Source of the DNA: Octopus sinensis
Lineage: Eukaryota
Reading direction: 5' to 3'
DNA length: 22,866 bases
NCBI RefSeq assembly: GCF_006345805.1
Contig: NW_021836757.1
Coordinates: 1 to 22,866, forward strand
Shown here: positions 10,431 to 20,119 of the stretch, one piece after another
How the letters are laid out: each line of letters opens with the position of its first letter
Numbering within the stretch: position 1 is the stretch's first letter
Program-made: the position numbers and the translations under genes
The notes under the pieces: generated by a model
Seen by the model: the letters and a program-made list of their open reading frames with translations, nothing else
The model's database searches: none
What the model was told of the DNA's origin: nothing

Positions 10431-10571
10431 GGCACCTATGACAACAGGTATTGTTTTAATCTTCAGGTCCCACATTTTGCTAATTTCTATTTCAAGATCT
10501 TTATACTTGCTCAGTTTTTGGTAGGTCTTGACAGATACGTTTATATCGATTGGGACAGTCATATCAATGTA
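10425..10571 (-). mobile_element. R4/Dong-like LINE fragment, restriction-like endonuclease domain
   Basis: Stop-free 49-codon minus frame YIDMTVPIDINVSVKTYQKLSKYKDLEIEISKMWDLKIKTIPVVIGALG. It carries the ID...K..KY.DL...W...P(V/I)V(I/V)GALG pattern of RLE domains. Confidence 0.88.
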
Positions 10572-10682
10572 AGATTAACTATTTTAGGCCTCTTCATAAG
10601 TACAATCATACGCTGAGAAACTAATATTAATATTTTCTTATGTAATAAATAGAAGTCCTATCAATCAATCAATTAATCAAAC

Positions 10683-11268
10683 CATCTATCTATCCATCCA
10701 TCCATCAACTCCGTCAACAATTCCTGGGAGGGTCGTAGGGGCTAAGTTCTCGTGTACCTCGTATGTGAAGCAACTGTTATTAGACTTTCCGATTGGGCTC
10801 CCAAGCGCGACAAACTGAGACTGTAGATACTATCCAACCATCTCGTTCTTAGTTTACTGCTAGGTCTTCTGCCAGATGTCTTGGCTTTATGAATCCAGCT
10901 TGCAATTCTTTCCTGTAACATTCTAATAACATATCTGTAATGCCGGAGCTCTGACCTCTCAATGCGGAAAAGTAGCAGCTCGACCTGTAGAGAATTCTTG
11001 ATCTCTGAGCTACCGCACCCTGTCGAGTAACGTTACTCCACAGACCCTTCGGGGGAACCCCATTTCGTCTGCAACACTTCTATTAAGGATCATACTGTTT
11101 TGGTCATTACCCAACATTTATGACCCTAGCTGAGGATAGGCACGAAAACCAAATTGAGGACAGCGATTTTGTTTTTTCCACTAACCTCCCTTCTTCTAAG
11201 GATCGAATGCTGGAGCTGTTGCATTAGTGCGCAATTCTAACGTTTAATCTGCAATTCTAACGTCCAAT
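10683..11268 (-). mobile_element. RTE-clade LINE (Rex3/Expander-like) 3' fragment with (GATG/GATA)n tail
   Basis: Frameshifted minus translation ...KTKIAVLNLVFVPILS*GHKCWVMT...EMGFPRRVCGVTLLDRVR/SSEIKNSLQVELLLFRIERSELRHYRYVIRMLQERIASWIHKAKTSGRRPSSKLRTRWLD... It ends in cccctacgaccctcccagga followed by a gatggatggatggatagatag tail. Confidence 0.88.
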
Positions 11269-11295
11269 TTAATGCCTTCCACCACACATGGACAG

Positions 11296-11536
11296 AATTC
11301 GGTTTCCGTGACTATCCTTACCTATGGTTATGAATGTTGGGTAATGACTGAAAGAGTATAATCACGAATACAAGCAACTGAAATGGGGTTCTTCTCAAGG
11401 ATCTCTGAAGCAACGTTACTCAAAAACATGCGTAGCTCAGAGATCAGGGAGTCTCCCCAGGTCGAGTCACTACTTCTTTGCATTGAGTACTCACAGCTGT
11501 GGTAATATGGACGTGGGATTAGGGTGTCACAGGAAA
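11296..11536 (+). mobile_element. RTE-clade LINE fragment, second copy, inverted relative to the first
   Basis: From 11308: VTILTYGYECWVMTERV*SRIQATEMGFFSRISEATLLKNMRSSEIRESPQVESLLLCIEYSQLW*YGRGIRVSQE, the post-RT region typical of RTE elements. Confidence 0.88.
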
Positions 11537-11563
11537 TAATAAATGTATAGAAACAATGTGTGT

Positions 11564-11594
<31 letters not shown>

Positions 11595-11595
11595 C

Positions 11596-11769
11596 TTGTG
11601 TGATGAGAAGCTTGCTTCCCAACCACATGGTTTCGAGTTCAGTCCCACTATGTGGCTGGCACCTTGAGCAAGCGTTTTCTACTAAAGCCTCGGGGCGACC
11701 AAAGACTTGTGGGTGAATTTGGAAGACGGAAACTGGAACAAGCCCATCATATATTTATATATGCGTGTG
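11596..11769 (+). mobile_element. SINE family B, 5' half
   Basis: agcttgcttcccaaccacatggtttcgagttcagtcccac (B-box-like)...caccttgagcaag...ggcgaccaaagacttgtgggtgaatttggaagacggaaactg; stops at its internal (TA)(TG) tract. Confidence 0.88.
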
Positions 11770-11890
11770 TGTCAGTGAACAGGTTGCGATTTCAAAACGA
11801 TAAAAATATTTTGACAAATTAAATTCAACATTAAATTTAATTTGCCAAAATATTTTTTGTCGTTTTGAAATCGCGACCTGTTCACTGACA
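11770..11890. mobile_element. 121-bp near-perfect palindrome (hairpin MITE-like)
   Basis: Arms 11770-11825 and 11834-11890 are complementary except for 3 substitutions and a 1-nt indel; loop caacatta. The palindrome is directly visible; the transposon origin is inferred. Confidence 0.8.
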
Positions 11891-11904
11891 AAATTCTGTG
11901 CTGC

Positions 11905-11914
11905 ATATATATAT

Positions 11915-11948
<34 letters not shown>

Positions 11949-12075
11949 CATACATACACATACATACATACATACATACATACATACATACATACATACA
12001 TACATACATGCATACATACATACATACATACATACATACATACATACACACATACATACATGCATGCATGCATAT
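11905..12075. repeat. (TA)n plus (TACA)n compound microsatellite
   Basis: Directly visible. Confidence 0.97.
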
Positions 12076-12374
12076 ACAAGTTTCATTTAAGCATCTGAAG
12101 AAAAATGATGGAGAGGAGGTCATAAAAGAAAAAAAGTAGAACATAAAGTTGGTTCATCAGAAATCAACCGACTAAATTTCCGTATATGCGGTAAAACGGC
12201 TTAAATATATATTGAAAGAAGTGCTTCCGTAAAAATATATCTACGTGTTGTGGAATAGGAAATAATAAGATTAAATATGGATAAATTTAAAATGCTTACT
12301 AACTCGAGATTCACTCCAAATCAATAGACAAAGAAAATTAGAAATAGTAGTAGATATTTTCTACAATAAGGAGA

Positions 12375-12540
12375 AGGCCTAAAATTTTAGTGCAACGGAT
12401 ATGTCGATTATATCAACCCCCAGTACTCAACTGGTACTTATTGCATCAACCCCGAATTACGAAGGGCAAGTTCAACGTCGGCGGAATTTGACTCAACATT
12501 TTGTCCGGTGTGTTAACGATTCTGCCAGACCGACGCCTTA
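12375..12540 (-). mobile_element. SINE family A
   Basis: aggcctaaaatttt...gtcgattatatcaacccccagtactcaactggtacttatt...cggcggaatttgactc...acgattctgccagaccgacgcctt is collinear with 791-992 and 3801-4014. Confidence 0.87.
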
Positions 12541-12776
12541 ATAATAATAATAATCATAATAATAATAATAATAATAATAATTAATAATAATGATAATGAT
12601 GATGATGATGATGATATAATAATAATAATAATAGTAATAATAATATAATAATAATAATAGTAATAATAATAATAGTAATAAAATATAATAATAATAATAG
12701 TAATAATGGTAATAATAATAATAATAATATTATAATAATAATATAATAATGATGATGGATGATGATGATGATGATG

Positions 12777-12810
<34 letters not shown>

Positions 12811-12981
12811 TAATAATGATGATGATAATAATAATAATATAATAATAATAATAATCTGATAATGATGATGATGATGATGATAATAATAATAATAATAGTA
12901 ATAATAATAATAATAGTAATAATAATAGTAATAATAATAGTAGTAATAGTAATAATAATAATAATAATATATATAATAATA

Positions 12982-13020
<39 letters not shown>

Positions 13021-13155
13021 GTAATAATGGTAATAATAATAATAATAATAATATAATAATAATATATAATAATGATGATGATGATGATGATGATGATGAT
13101 AATAATAATAATAATAATAATATATAATAATAATAATAATATGATAATAATGATG

Positions 13156-13193
<38 letters not shown>

Positions 13194-13427
13194 GATGATG
13201 ATGATGATAATAATAATAATAATAGTAATAATAATAATAATAGTAATAATAATAGTAATAATAATAGTAGTAATAGTAATAATAATAATAATAATAATGA
13301 TAATAATAATAATGGTAATAATAATAATAATAATAATATAATAATAATAATAATATTAATAATAATAATAATGATAATAATGATAATGATAATGATGATG
13401 ATGATGATGATGATAATAATAATAATA

Positions 13428-13458
<31 letters not shown>
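12540..13458. repeat. ~920-bp (AAT)n array with GAT/AGT variants and higher-order structure
   Basis: Directly visible; identical 108-bp variant cassettes at 12862-12969 and 13189-13296. Confidence 0.97.
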
Positions 13459-13539
13459 AAATCCTTTGCCCCAGGTATCTGGAAGACACTTGGTAAGATG
13501 GAAACAAAATTTAAAGAATTAAAACTCATAATAATAATG

Positions 13540-13830
13540 ATGGACTCTCCCGTCGAAGACGACGTATGAGAATTCAGGTTTTGTCGAACAACCTGTACAA
13601 ATGATTTGTTTATAGTGATCAAATGTTCGTGCCGCATATTAGATCACTCTTTCCATCAAATCCATGTTGTCTGAACAGATGCACGGTAAACTACGCGTCA
13701 GATGTCGAAGTGATCGCAGAGCAACGTGAAATGAAGTGCTTTGCTCAAGAGCAAAACGCCCCATCCGGTCTAGGAATTGAAATCACGATCGCAGGATCGT
13801 GAGCGAAACACCCTATCCACTAAGCCATAG
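13540..13830 (-). mobile_element. tRNA-derived SINE (family D)
   Basis: Minus strand begins atggcttagtggatagggtg (A box TGGCTTAGTGG), then gtgatttcaattcct (B-box-like) and ttgagcaaagcacttcatttcacgttgctc. Confidence 0.8.
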
Positions 13831-13885
13831 TAATAATGGTGATAATAATGATGCTACTACTGTTGCTGCTGCTGCTGTTGCTGTT

Positions 13886-14244
13886 GAGCGAACGGTCTTC
13901 GTCCCTGTAGTAGGAAAAGTCCGAAACGTGGTCCTTTGCTATTTGTAAGACCCGCAGAAGAGAAAGCAGGTCAACCCCCGACACCGAGAGCATCGACGGA
14001 AGGATGAGTGCGCATCCAGGCTCAGCGGTTGAGTAGGAAGTCGGGGACAAGAAACAGGAAGAAAGGGTGAGAGAAAGTTGGGACGAAAGAGTACAACAGG
14101 GGTCGCCACCACCCCCTGCCGGAGCCTTGTAGAGTTTTAGGTGTTTTCGCTCAATAAACACACACAACGCTCGGTCTGGGAATCTAAACCGCGATCCTCC
14201 GACCGCGAGTCCGCTGCCCTCTCTATTGGGCCATTGCGCCTCCA
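13886..14244 (-). mobile_element. tRNA-derived SINE (family E), near full length
   Basis: Minus strand tggaggcgcaatggcccaatagagagggcagcggactcgcgg...ggtttagattccc (A/B-box-like), followed by a CAG/CAA-rich tail at 13855-13885. ORF 13820..14245 is a read-through. It may be one of the OK/OR1/OR2 octopus families; I cannot assign it by eye. Confidence 0.85.
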
Positions 14245-14262
14245 ATGCTGCTGCTGATGATG

Positions 14263-14484
14263 ATTATAGCATAACAGACCAGATAACTTGGTGTTTGAGA
14301 AGAGGGAACGAACTTGCTACATAATCGATGTAGCCTATCTATTTGATACAAGGATAAAAAAAGAAAGAAAAAATGTCAGCAAGTGGACCGAAAAGATTGG
14401 CTTTTGCAGAAGTACATAGAATACGTGCAAGTTGCCTGCTTGTGAGGAACAGCGAAGATCATTTGAAAGTTTTGGGATGGCTGA
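14263..14484 (+). mobile_element. Old RLE-type (R4/Dong-like) LINE C-terminal fossil with internal deletion
   Basis: From 14270: HNRPDNLVFEKRERTCYIIDVAYLFDTRIKKE, containing the PD...D catalytic motif. After a frameshift: WLLQKYIEYVQVACL*GTAKII*KFWDG*, matching the terminal Q.A.LLGTA.I.R motif. Confidence 0.82.
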
Positions 14485-14564
14485 GGTGGTGATCTGTTAT
14501 CCAAGAGTAAACCATCTTAAATTTCATCACAGGAGTGAGATGCAAAAAGTTTGAAGCAAGCAAA

Positions 14565-14700
14565 TAGCCTCAAACAACGTTCCACCATCTTAAAAAAGGC
14601 TGGCTAGAAAATGCAGTCCACTTTCCCCGAAAAATAAATCAGTTTAGGTGTGGCTTGAATGCTTTTCATCATAGGTTTCCTTAAACAACAACAATAACAA
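14565..14700 (+). mobile_element. Family C SINE-like 3' fragment with AAC tail
   Basis: ccaccatcttaaaaaagg...ggcttgaatgcttttcatcatagg...ttaaacaacaacaataacaa resembles the blocks at 5171-5590 and 17670-17866. Confidence 0.6.
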
Positions 14701-14874
14701 CTGTGATAGCAAAGGATCTCGGGATCTCTGGTCAGTGTCATTGGCTCACTGGTGCGTGCAAAAGGTGGAGAGCTTTAAAGCATAATTCATTTACATAATG
14801 AGTTACAAAAATATAATCCTGCAAGTAATGCTCCACAACAGAGAGTTTTTTGCATTATTTTCTTCGTTTTTTAG

Positions 14875-14972
14875 CATTGACCGGACCAAATTCATTGCGA
14901 TAGCAGCAGCAATGGGGACGTTTGCAAACGTAGAAGGTGTTGAAACGGAAGCTCGCCCCGAGGGAGGATCAG
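14875..14972 (+). other. Candidate 98-bp exon
   Basis: Acceptor ttattttcttcgttttttAG| and donor CAG|GTGAGA. One open frame (IDRTKFIAIAAAMGTFANVEGVETEARPEGGS) with gcagcaATGG in good initiation context. No homology recognised. Confidence 0.4.
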
Positions 14973-15164
14973 GTGAGATTCTTTCTTCCACCGATGTCAT
15001 TAATAGCATAGGTTTCCTTAAACAACCTAAATCTACCCACCATCACCAAAACATTTGCGATATTGCATCATCATCATCATTGTTTTGGTTTGGCTCAGGT
15101 CCGGTCTTATTCCTGGTAGGAATTATGTGGATAGTGGGTTATTTCCTGTAACCTTAGGTGTCTA

Positions 15165-15305
15165 CAGGTTTTCAGCACTCGAGATCGACTTTACCTGTCA
15201 TCCTCACGAAGTTGATAAAGTAAGTACCAGTTGAGTACTGGGGTTGATGTAACTGACTAGCCACCTCACCCGAATTTGCTGGCCTTGTGCCAACATTTGA
15301 AATCA
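15165..15305 (+). mobile_element. SINE family A, 3' two-thirds
   Basis: gagatcgactttacctgtcatcc...gataaagtaagtaccagttgagtactggggttgatgtaactgact...gctggccttgtgccaacatttgaa. Confidence 0.85.
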
Positions 15306-15683
15306 ATATGTTCTGAATAGGGAATTTAGCTATTATTTCTAGGAAGGTTAGGCAATGCTTATCCTGTGGCTCTACAATGCTCTAAGATTTTTCTTGTTTT
15401 CTACTTTTTACGTGGCATTTCGCAATTTTTGAGTTTCCAATTAACCCTAACGAGTAGCGAGCGTATAAATGTGTTTTTAATAAACTCTACAGAAAAGTGA
15501 CGTCTGTTTCTAGTGTTGATTGTTGTTATTATTATTGTTATTAATGATATATCTTGTAAATTGTACACACGTACTTGTGGAGTTTAAGGAACAGGAAATA
15601 CATATCTGAAGTAGCAACTATTTTTCTCTCTGCCTGCCTTGCCTGTCCGCGTTTTCAGACACCAAGTAGGAAGAAATGTTGTG

Positions 15684-15686
<3 letters not shown>

Positions 15687-15740
<54 letters not shown>

Positions 15741-15755
15741 ACGTGCGCGTGTGTG

Positions 15756-15793
<38 letters not shown>

Positions 15794-16030
15794 TGAGTAT
15801 GTGTTTGTGAGTATGTGTGTGAGCTTTCAAGTGGGAAGTATGTGTGAGAGTTTGTGTGTGTATGTGTGTGGGTTTGTGTTGCTGTATGCGTGTGTCTTTG
15901 TGAATGTATGGGTGGATGTGTGTTTGATACCAAGTGCGGAGTATGTGCGAGTGTTTGTGCATATGTGTGTGTGTGTGTATATATATGTGTGGGTGTTTGT
16001 GAGTGTATGTGTTTGTGTGTGTGTATGATA
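15687..16030. repeat. (TG)n and degenerate TG-rich tract
   Basis: Directly visible; source of the Val-Cys and His-Thr ORFs. Confidence 0.95.
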
Positions 16031-16512
16031 TTAAGTAGGAAGAACGTATGTATTTTTTTGTGTATGTGTACGTGTATTTTTTCCTGTGAGTGCGTGTGTG
16101 TATTTGAGAGTTAGAGACCTAAGTGTGCTCTTATTGGTATATTTTAGCTGGTCCTAAGTAGCTTTATACGCATGCGCACGCGAAGACACAGATACGTGTG
16201 CGTGTTTGTGTGTGTGTGCGCGCGCATTAGGTAAAATGTATGAAAGAATATTTATATATAAATAGAGAAATTGAAGATATTCTTATGTCTGTGATGTATC
16301 GTTTATATGTTATGTACGTATCCGCATGTGTGTGTATGTGCTTGTGCGCGTGTGTATGATTGAGGACATGTTAAATTTGAAGTGTTATCGAAGAATATAC
16401 GAGTTGTTTTTTAAACCTATTTCAACCTTGATTGAGCAGACCTTTAATAAAAGACACAGCCATCCACTTCTAATTCAGGTCGCGCGATAATGTGCTTTTA
16501 GATTTAATATAT

Positions 16513-16728
16513 ACTCTTTTTACTTGTTTCAGTCATTTGACTGCAGCCATGCTGGAGCACCGCCTTTAGTCGAGCAAATCGACCCCGGGACTTATTCTTT
16601 GTAAGCCCAGTACTTATTTTATCGGTCTCTTTTGCCGAACCACTAAGTGACGGGGACGTAAACACACCAGCATCGGTTGTCAAGCAATGCTAGGGGGACA
16701 AACACAGACACACAAACATACACACACA

Positions 16729-16776
<48 letters not shown>

Positions 16777-16931
16777 GACAGGCTTCTTTCATTTTGTTTC
16801 CGTCTACCAAATCCACTCACAAAGCATTGGTCGGCCGGGGCTATAGCAGAAGACACTTGCCAAGATGCCACACAGTGGGACTGAACCCAGAACCATGTGG
16901 TTGGTTAGCAAGCTACTTACCACACAGCCAC
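16513..16931 (-). mobile_element. SINE family B, essentially full length, with internal (TA)n/(TG)n microsatellite
   Basis: Minus strand: A box tggctgtgtggt, B box ggttcagtccc (16877-16887), conserved body, and 3' end gctccagcatggctgcagtcaaatgactgaaacaagtaaaaagagt. Confidence 0.93.
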
Positions 16932-16984
16932 AAGTGAGATTTCGATGATTAATTAGTAGGCTGGTTGTCCCCGTGAAGATGTTG

Positions 16985-17115
16985 ATAATAATGATGATGA
17001 CGGTAATGATGACGATGATGATAATCGTGATGGTGGTGGAAGTATTGTTAGTGTTACTGGAGTTGACAATGATGATGTTCATTTGATAATGAAGTTGTTA
17101 TTGTTGTTGTTTGTT
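16985..17115. repeat. Degenerate (GAT/GGT/GTT)n trinucleotide tract
   Basis: Directly visible. Confidence 0.85.
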
Positions 17116-17228
17116 TAGGCAGACCATCGTCCATCATGAATGACACGCATACACACACATACATATGCACACATTTACACACACACACACACATACACAA
17201 ACATACACACACCTATATATATTCTGTT

Positions 17229-17275
17229 ATTCTTTTGTTTGTTTCAGTCATCTGACTGCGCCATGCTAGAGCATG
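17229..17275 (-). mobile_element. SINE family B, extreme 3' fragment
   Basis: ttgtttcagtcatctgactgcgccatgctagagca matches 16524-16559. Confidence 0.85.
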
Positions 17276-17294
17276 TATGTATGTATGTATGCAC

Positions 17295-17341
<47 letters not shown>

Positions 17342-17348
17342 TACACAC

Positions 17349-17423
<75 letters not shown>

Positions 17424-17424
17424 G

Positions 17425-17455
<31 letters not shown>

Positions 17456-17475
17456 GTATATATTATATATATTAT
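17276..17475. repeat. (TATG)n/(TA)n/(CA)n compound microsatellite
   Basis: Directly visible. Confidence 0.96.
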
Positions 17476-17669
17476 CCGAAATATATAGTATTATATAGCC
17501 ATCATGGCTGTTCTCATCAATCGATTTCGCACAAGGAATGCGATAGTGTTAGGTAACGATCCAATTATATAACTTTACACTCATCAGAGTTAGCCGATGT
17601 AGCGGGGAATATGGCGACTGCTCTCTATTGTCGGAGGTGAATTAACAGCTTACATATCGGCTATGGTAT

Positions 17670-17866
17670 AAACAACATCCTCTATGTGGTTGCTCGACCT
17701 ACTAGAAATAGTCGCCAAATCTATCATAAATCTCACCGTACAATTTGAAATAATAATAAAAAAAAAAACATTAGAGTCTTACGTACCACTAAAACAGACG
17801 GAATGCCTTTTCCCACAATAGAAATGCTCAAAGTCAACATGAGGTCAAATGACAACAACAACAATG
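17670..17866 (+). mobile_element. Family C SINE-like copy with (CAA)n tail
   Basis: gtggttgctcgacctactagaaatagtcgccaaatc...ggaatgcctttt...gaggtcaaatgacaacaacaac; the ctagaaat and ggaatgcctttt blocks are shared with 5171-5590. Confidence 0.62.
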
Positions 17867-18454
17867 TAAATGAAAGGAACTGTCAGAAATGAAAAGTGGG
17901 CTAGAGACAAGGATTGCTAGAATTTCACCTGAAGTTTTGGTGCCTTTTTAGATGAAATATAAAATTACTTTCTTATCGTTCAGTTCTATTTTTATCTATT
18001 CCTTTTCTTTCCTTGTTTTTAATGTCGTTTCTTTTATTTCTATTTAAAATTCTGTTATTCGTTTATTTATTTACCTATGTTTATACTGGTTCAATCGAAA
18101 TCTTTAACAAACTCACTATTGAAGGGTTACGAAAACAAAGATACACTGAAAAACAAATTAACAAACAAACAAGCCAAAATTACGAAACATAAAAATACAA
18201 AAAAAAAAAAAAATTCAAAGCAAAAACTAAATAAAAGAAATAGCGGACAAACTTTCGCCACTGAATCCTGTAAATCGTGTATGACATTCTTTCATTACGC
18301 CATTATGCTCAACATTTCTTTTTAGTGGTTTCAATAATTTACTTCGACATTTTTTTTGTCAAGATGAAGGCCATTTCGATGGCGTTGTCAGCAATAGTGA
18401 GCGCTATATTTACAATATTTAGATAAGGTCCCAATTACTTTCTGATTTTTAAAA

Positions 18455-18575
18455 ATCTCACGCCGAGGTCGACGTTGCCTTTCATCCTTTCGGGGTCGAT
18501 AAATTAAGTACCAGTGAAACACTAGGGTTAATCTAATCAACTTAACCCCTCCCCCAAAACTGCTGCCCTTGTGGA
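18455..18575 (+). mobile_element. SINE family A, 3' part
   Basis: cgccgaggtcgacgttgcctttcatcctttcggggtcgataaattaagtaccag...cccctcccccaaaactgctgcccttgtg. Confidence 0.88.
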
Positions 18576-18578
18576 AAA

Positions 18579-18580
<2 letters not shown>

Positions 18581-18639
<59 letters not shown>
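18581..18639. repeat. (TTA)n microsatellite
   Basis: Directly visible; further arrays at 18742-18787, 19241-19282 and 20122-20172. Confidence 0.98.
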
Positions 18640-18642
<3 letters not shown>

Positions 18643-18740
18643 TAGTTTTATTTTTATAGCGGTGCTTTCACTTCACTACCGAGCGCAGCTCTGTGTGCCT
18701 TGGGTATTTGCTGTGATGACAGCACATACCCAAAGCATAC
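18640..18740 (-). mobile_element. Probable 3' terminus of the Dong-like LINE, strongly 5'-truncated
   Basis: Minus strand ...cccaaggcacacagagctgcgctcggtagtgaagtgaaagcaccgctataaaaataaaactactg runs directly into (AAT)n. Assignment to the Dong-like element is from my recall of octopus repeats and is unverified. Confidence 0.6.
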
Positions 18741-18741
18741 C

Positions 18742-18787
<46 letters not shown>

Positions 18788-19240
18788 GAGTGAGAGAGCA
18801 GTTCATGCCATCAAGTGACACGGGGTCAAATATAAAGCCCAATATACCATCATGACTACCCGTCTGATAAGGGCACACCAGGCACATGCATCACAACCAT
18901 ATGTGCGCGACATGGTGATCTCATATCAAGATAAACTGCACATGACCTTGCAGGTGGGGACCAGTTAGAATTTTCTTCTGGTCGAGTAACCCATCCCGCT
19001 CAAAAGGTCCCTAAATAAGGGTTGTTTAAGGATGTTGAACAAAACACCTATGTTTCCAGAGGTGAATCATTCAAACCCCAAAGAATTCCTCTCAACACAT
19101 GGCTATGATGCTCCCCCACTACTTCTGGTCATGATCAGAGGTGCACATATCATCAGTCACTAAGGGACATGCTCAACTGGTTAAGGTCAAACAACTGACA
19201 AGCAGATCTGTGGTATTGAGCAGAATATTTGCTGTAGCCC
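18788..19240 (-). mobile_element. Non-coding retroposed repeat (~450 bp) ending in (AAT)n
   Basis: Non-coding segment of higher GC, bounded by TAA/AAC arrays; minus strand ends gatggcatgaactgctctctcactc-(aat)n. Family unassigned. Confidence 0.6.
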
Positions 19241-19248
19241 TGTTGTTG

Positions 19249-19284
<36 letters not shown>

Positions 19285-19322
19285 GAACTGTTATTCTGCT
19301 TTATCGCTAATTGATTCTCCAC

Positions 19323-20119
19323 GTTTTCGTTCAGTTTAAATAGTGAAGTTTCAGAGGAGTGAGATGTGGTCATTTTCAAGCACTGGAGGTGGTTTGTATT
19401 CCCACCAGTTTTTTCATGGGACAAATCCAGGTTTTTGCAAATTACCCAGTAAACATATTGTGCAGCTCTATCATGCCTGTTGAGATACTCTGTTGGCGCT
19501 AGAAGACTGCACTTGGAGACAACATGATCAATGGTTTCATTTTGTTGTTGACATACACGACATGTTGGGCTACTGCCGTTCTTTAATATGTTGGCCTGGT
19601 AGTTTCTTGTTGGTAAGCATTGATCTTGAGCTGCTATGATAAAACCTTCTGTTTCAGATTTTAAGCCAGAGGCCATTAGCCATTGATGGGTCAGGGCTTT
19701 GTTAACATCTGCATTATTCGCTCTCTTTGGGTATTTGCCATAGAGAGGTTTTTCTTGCCATTTATCATTCAGAATATCTAATGTCGCAGTTTTAGCACGG
19801 GTTTTCACGCGCTTAGCTTTTTCTGTCCTTGTTTCTTGTATGTCTAATTCCGAAATTTGTTGTATTCGGAATTCACTTAGATATTCCTTTGCCTGTTTTG
19901 TTACTGAGCATGATGCTTTCTTGTTTTCATGTTTTGAGACAAGTTTTAACATCCAATCCTCAGAGTTTTTCAGGTAGGTGTCTAGGCCAATTGTTGCAAT
20001 CTTCATTGTTATTGCCAGTTGTAAAAGTCCACGGCCTCCCTCTTTTCTTGGCAGATAAAGTCGTTCTGTATCTGCCTTAGGGTGGTGCATTGTCAACAGT
20101 TTTCGTATTTTTCTGTCAA

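Noticed and set aside
12581-13507. 308-aa and other poly-Ile/Leu/Met ORFs
   Set aside because: Translations of the (AAT)n array; the lack of stops is a property of the repeat.
13760-14244. tRNA genes
   Set aside because: A/B boxes are SINE heads running into SINE bodies; no intact cloverleaf.
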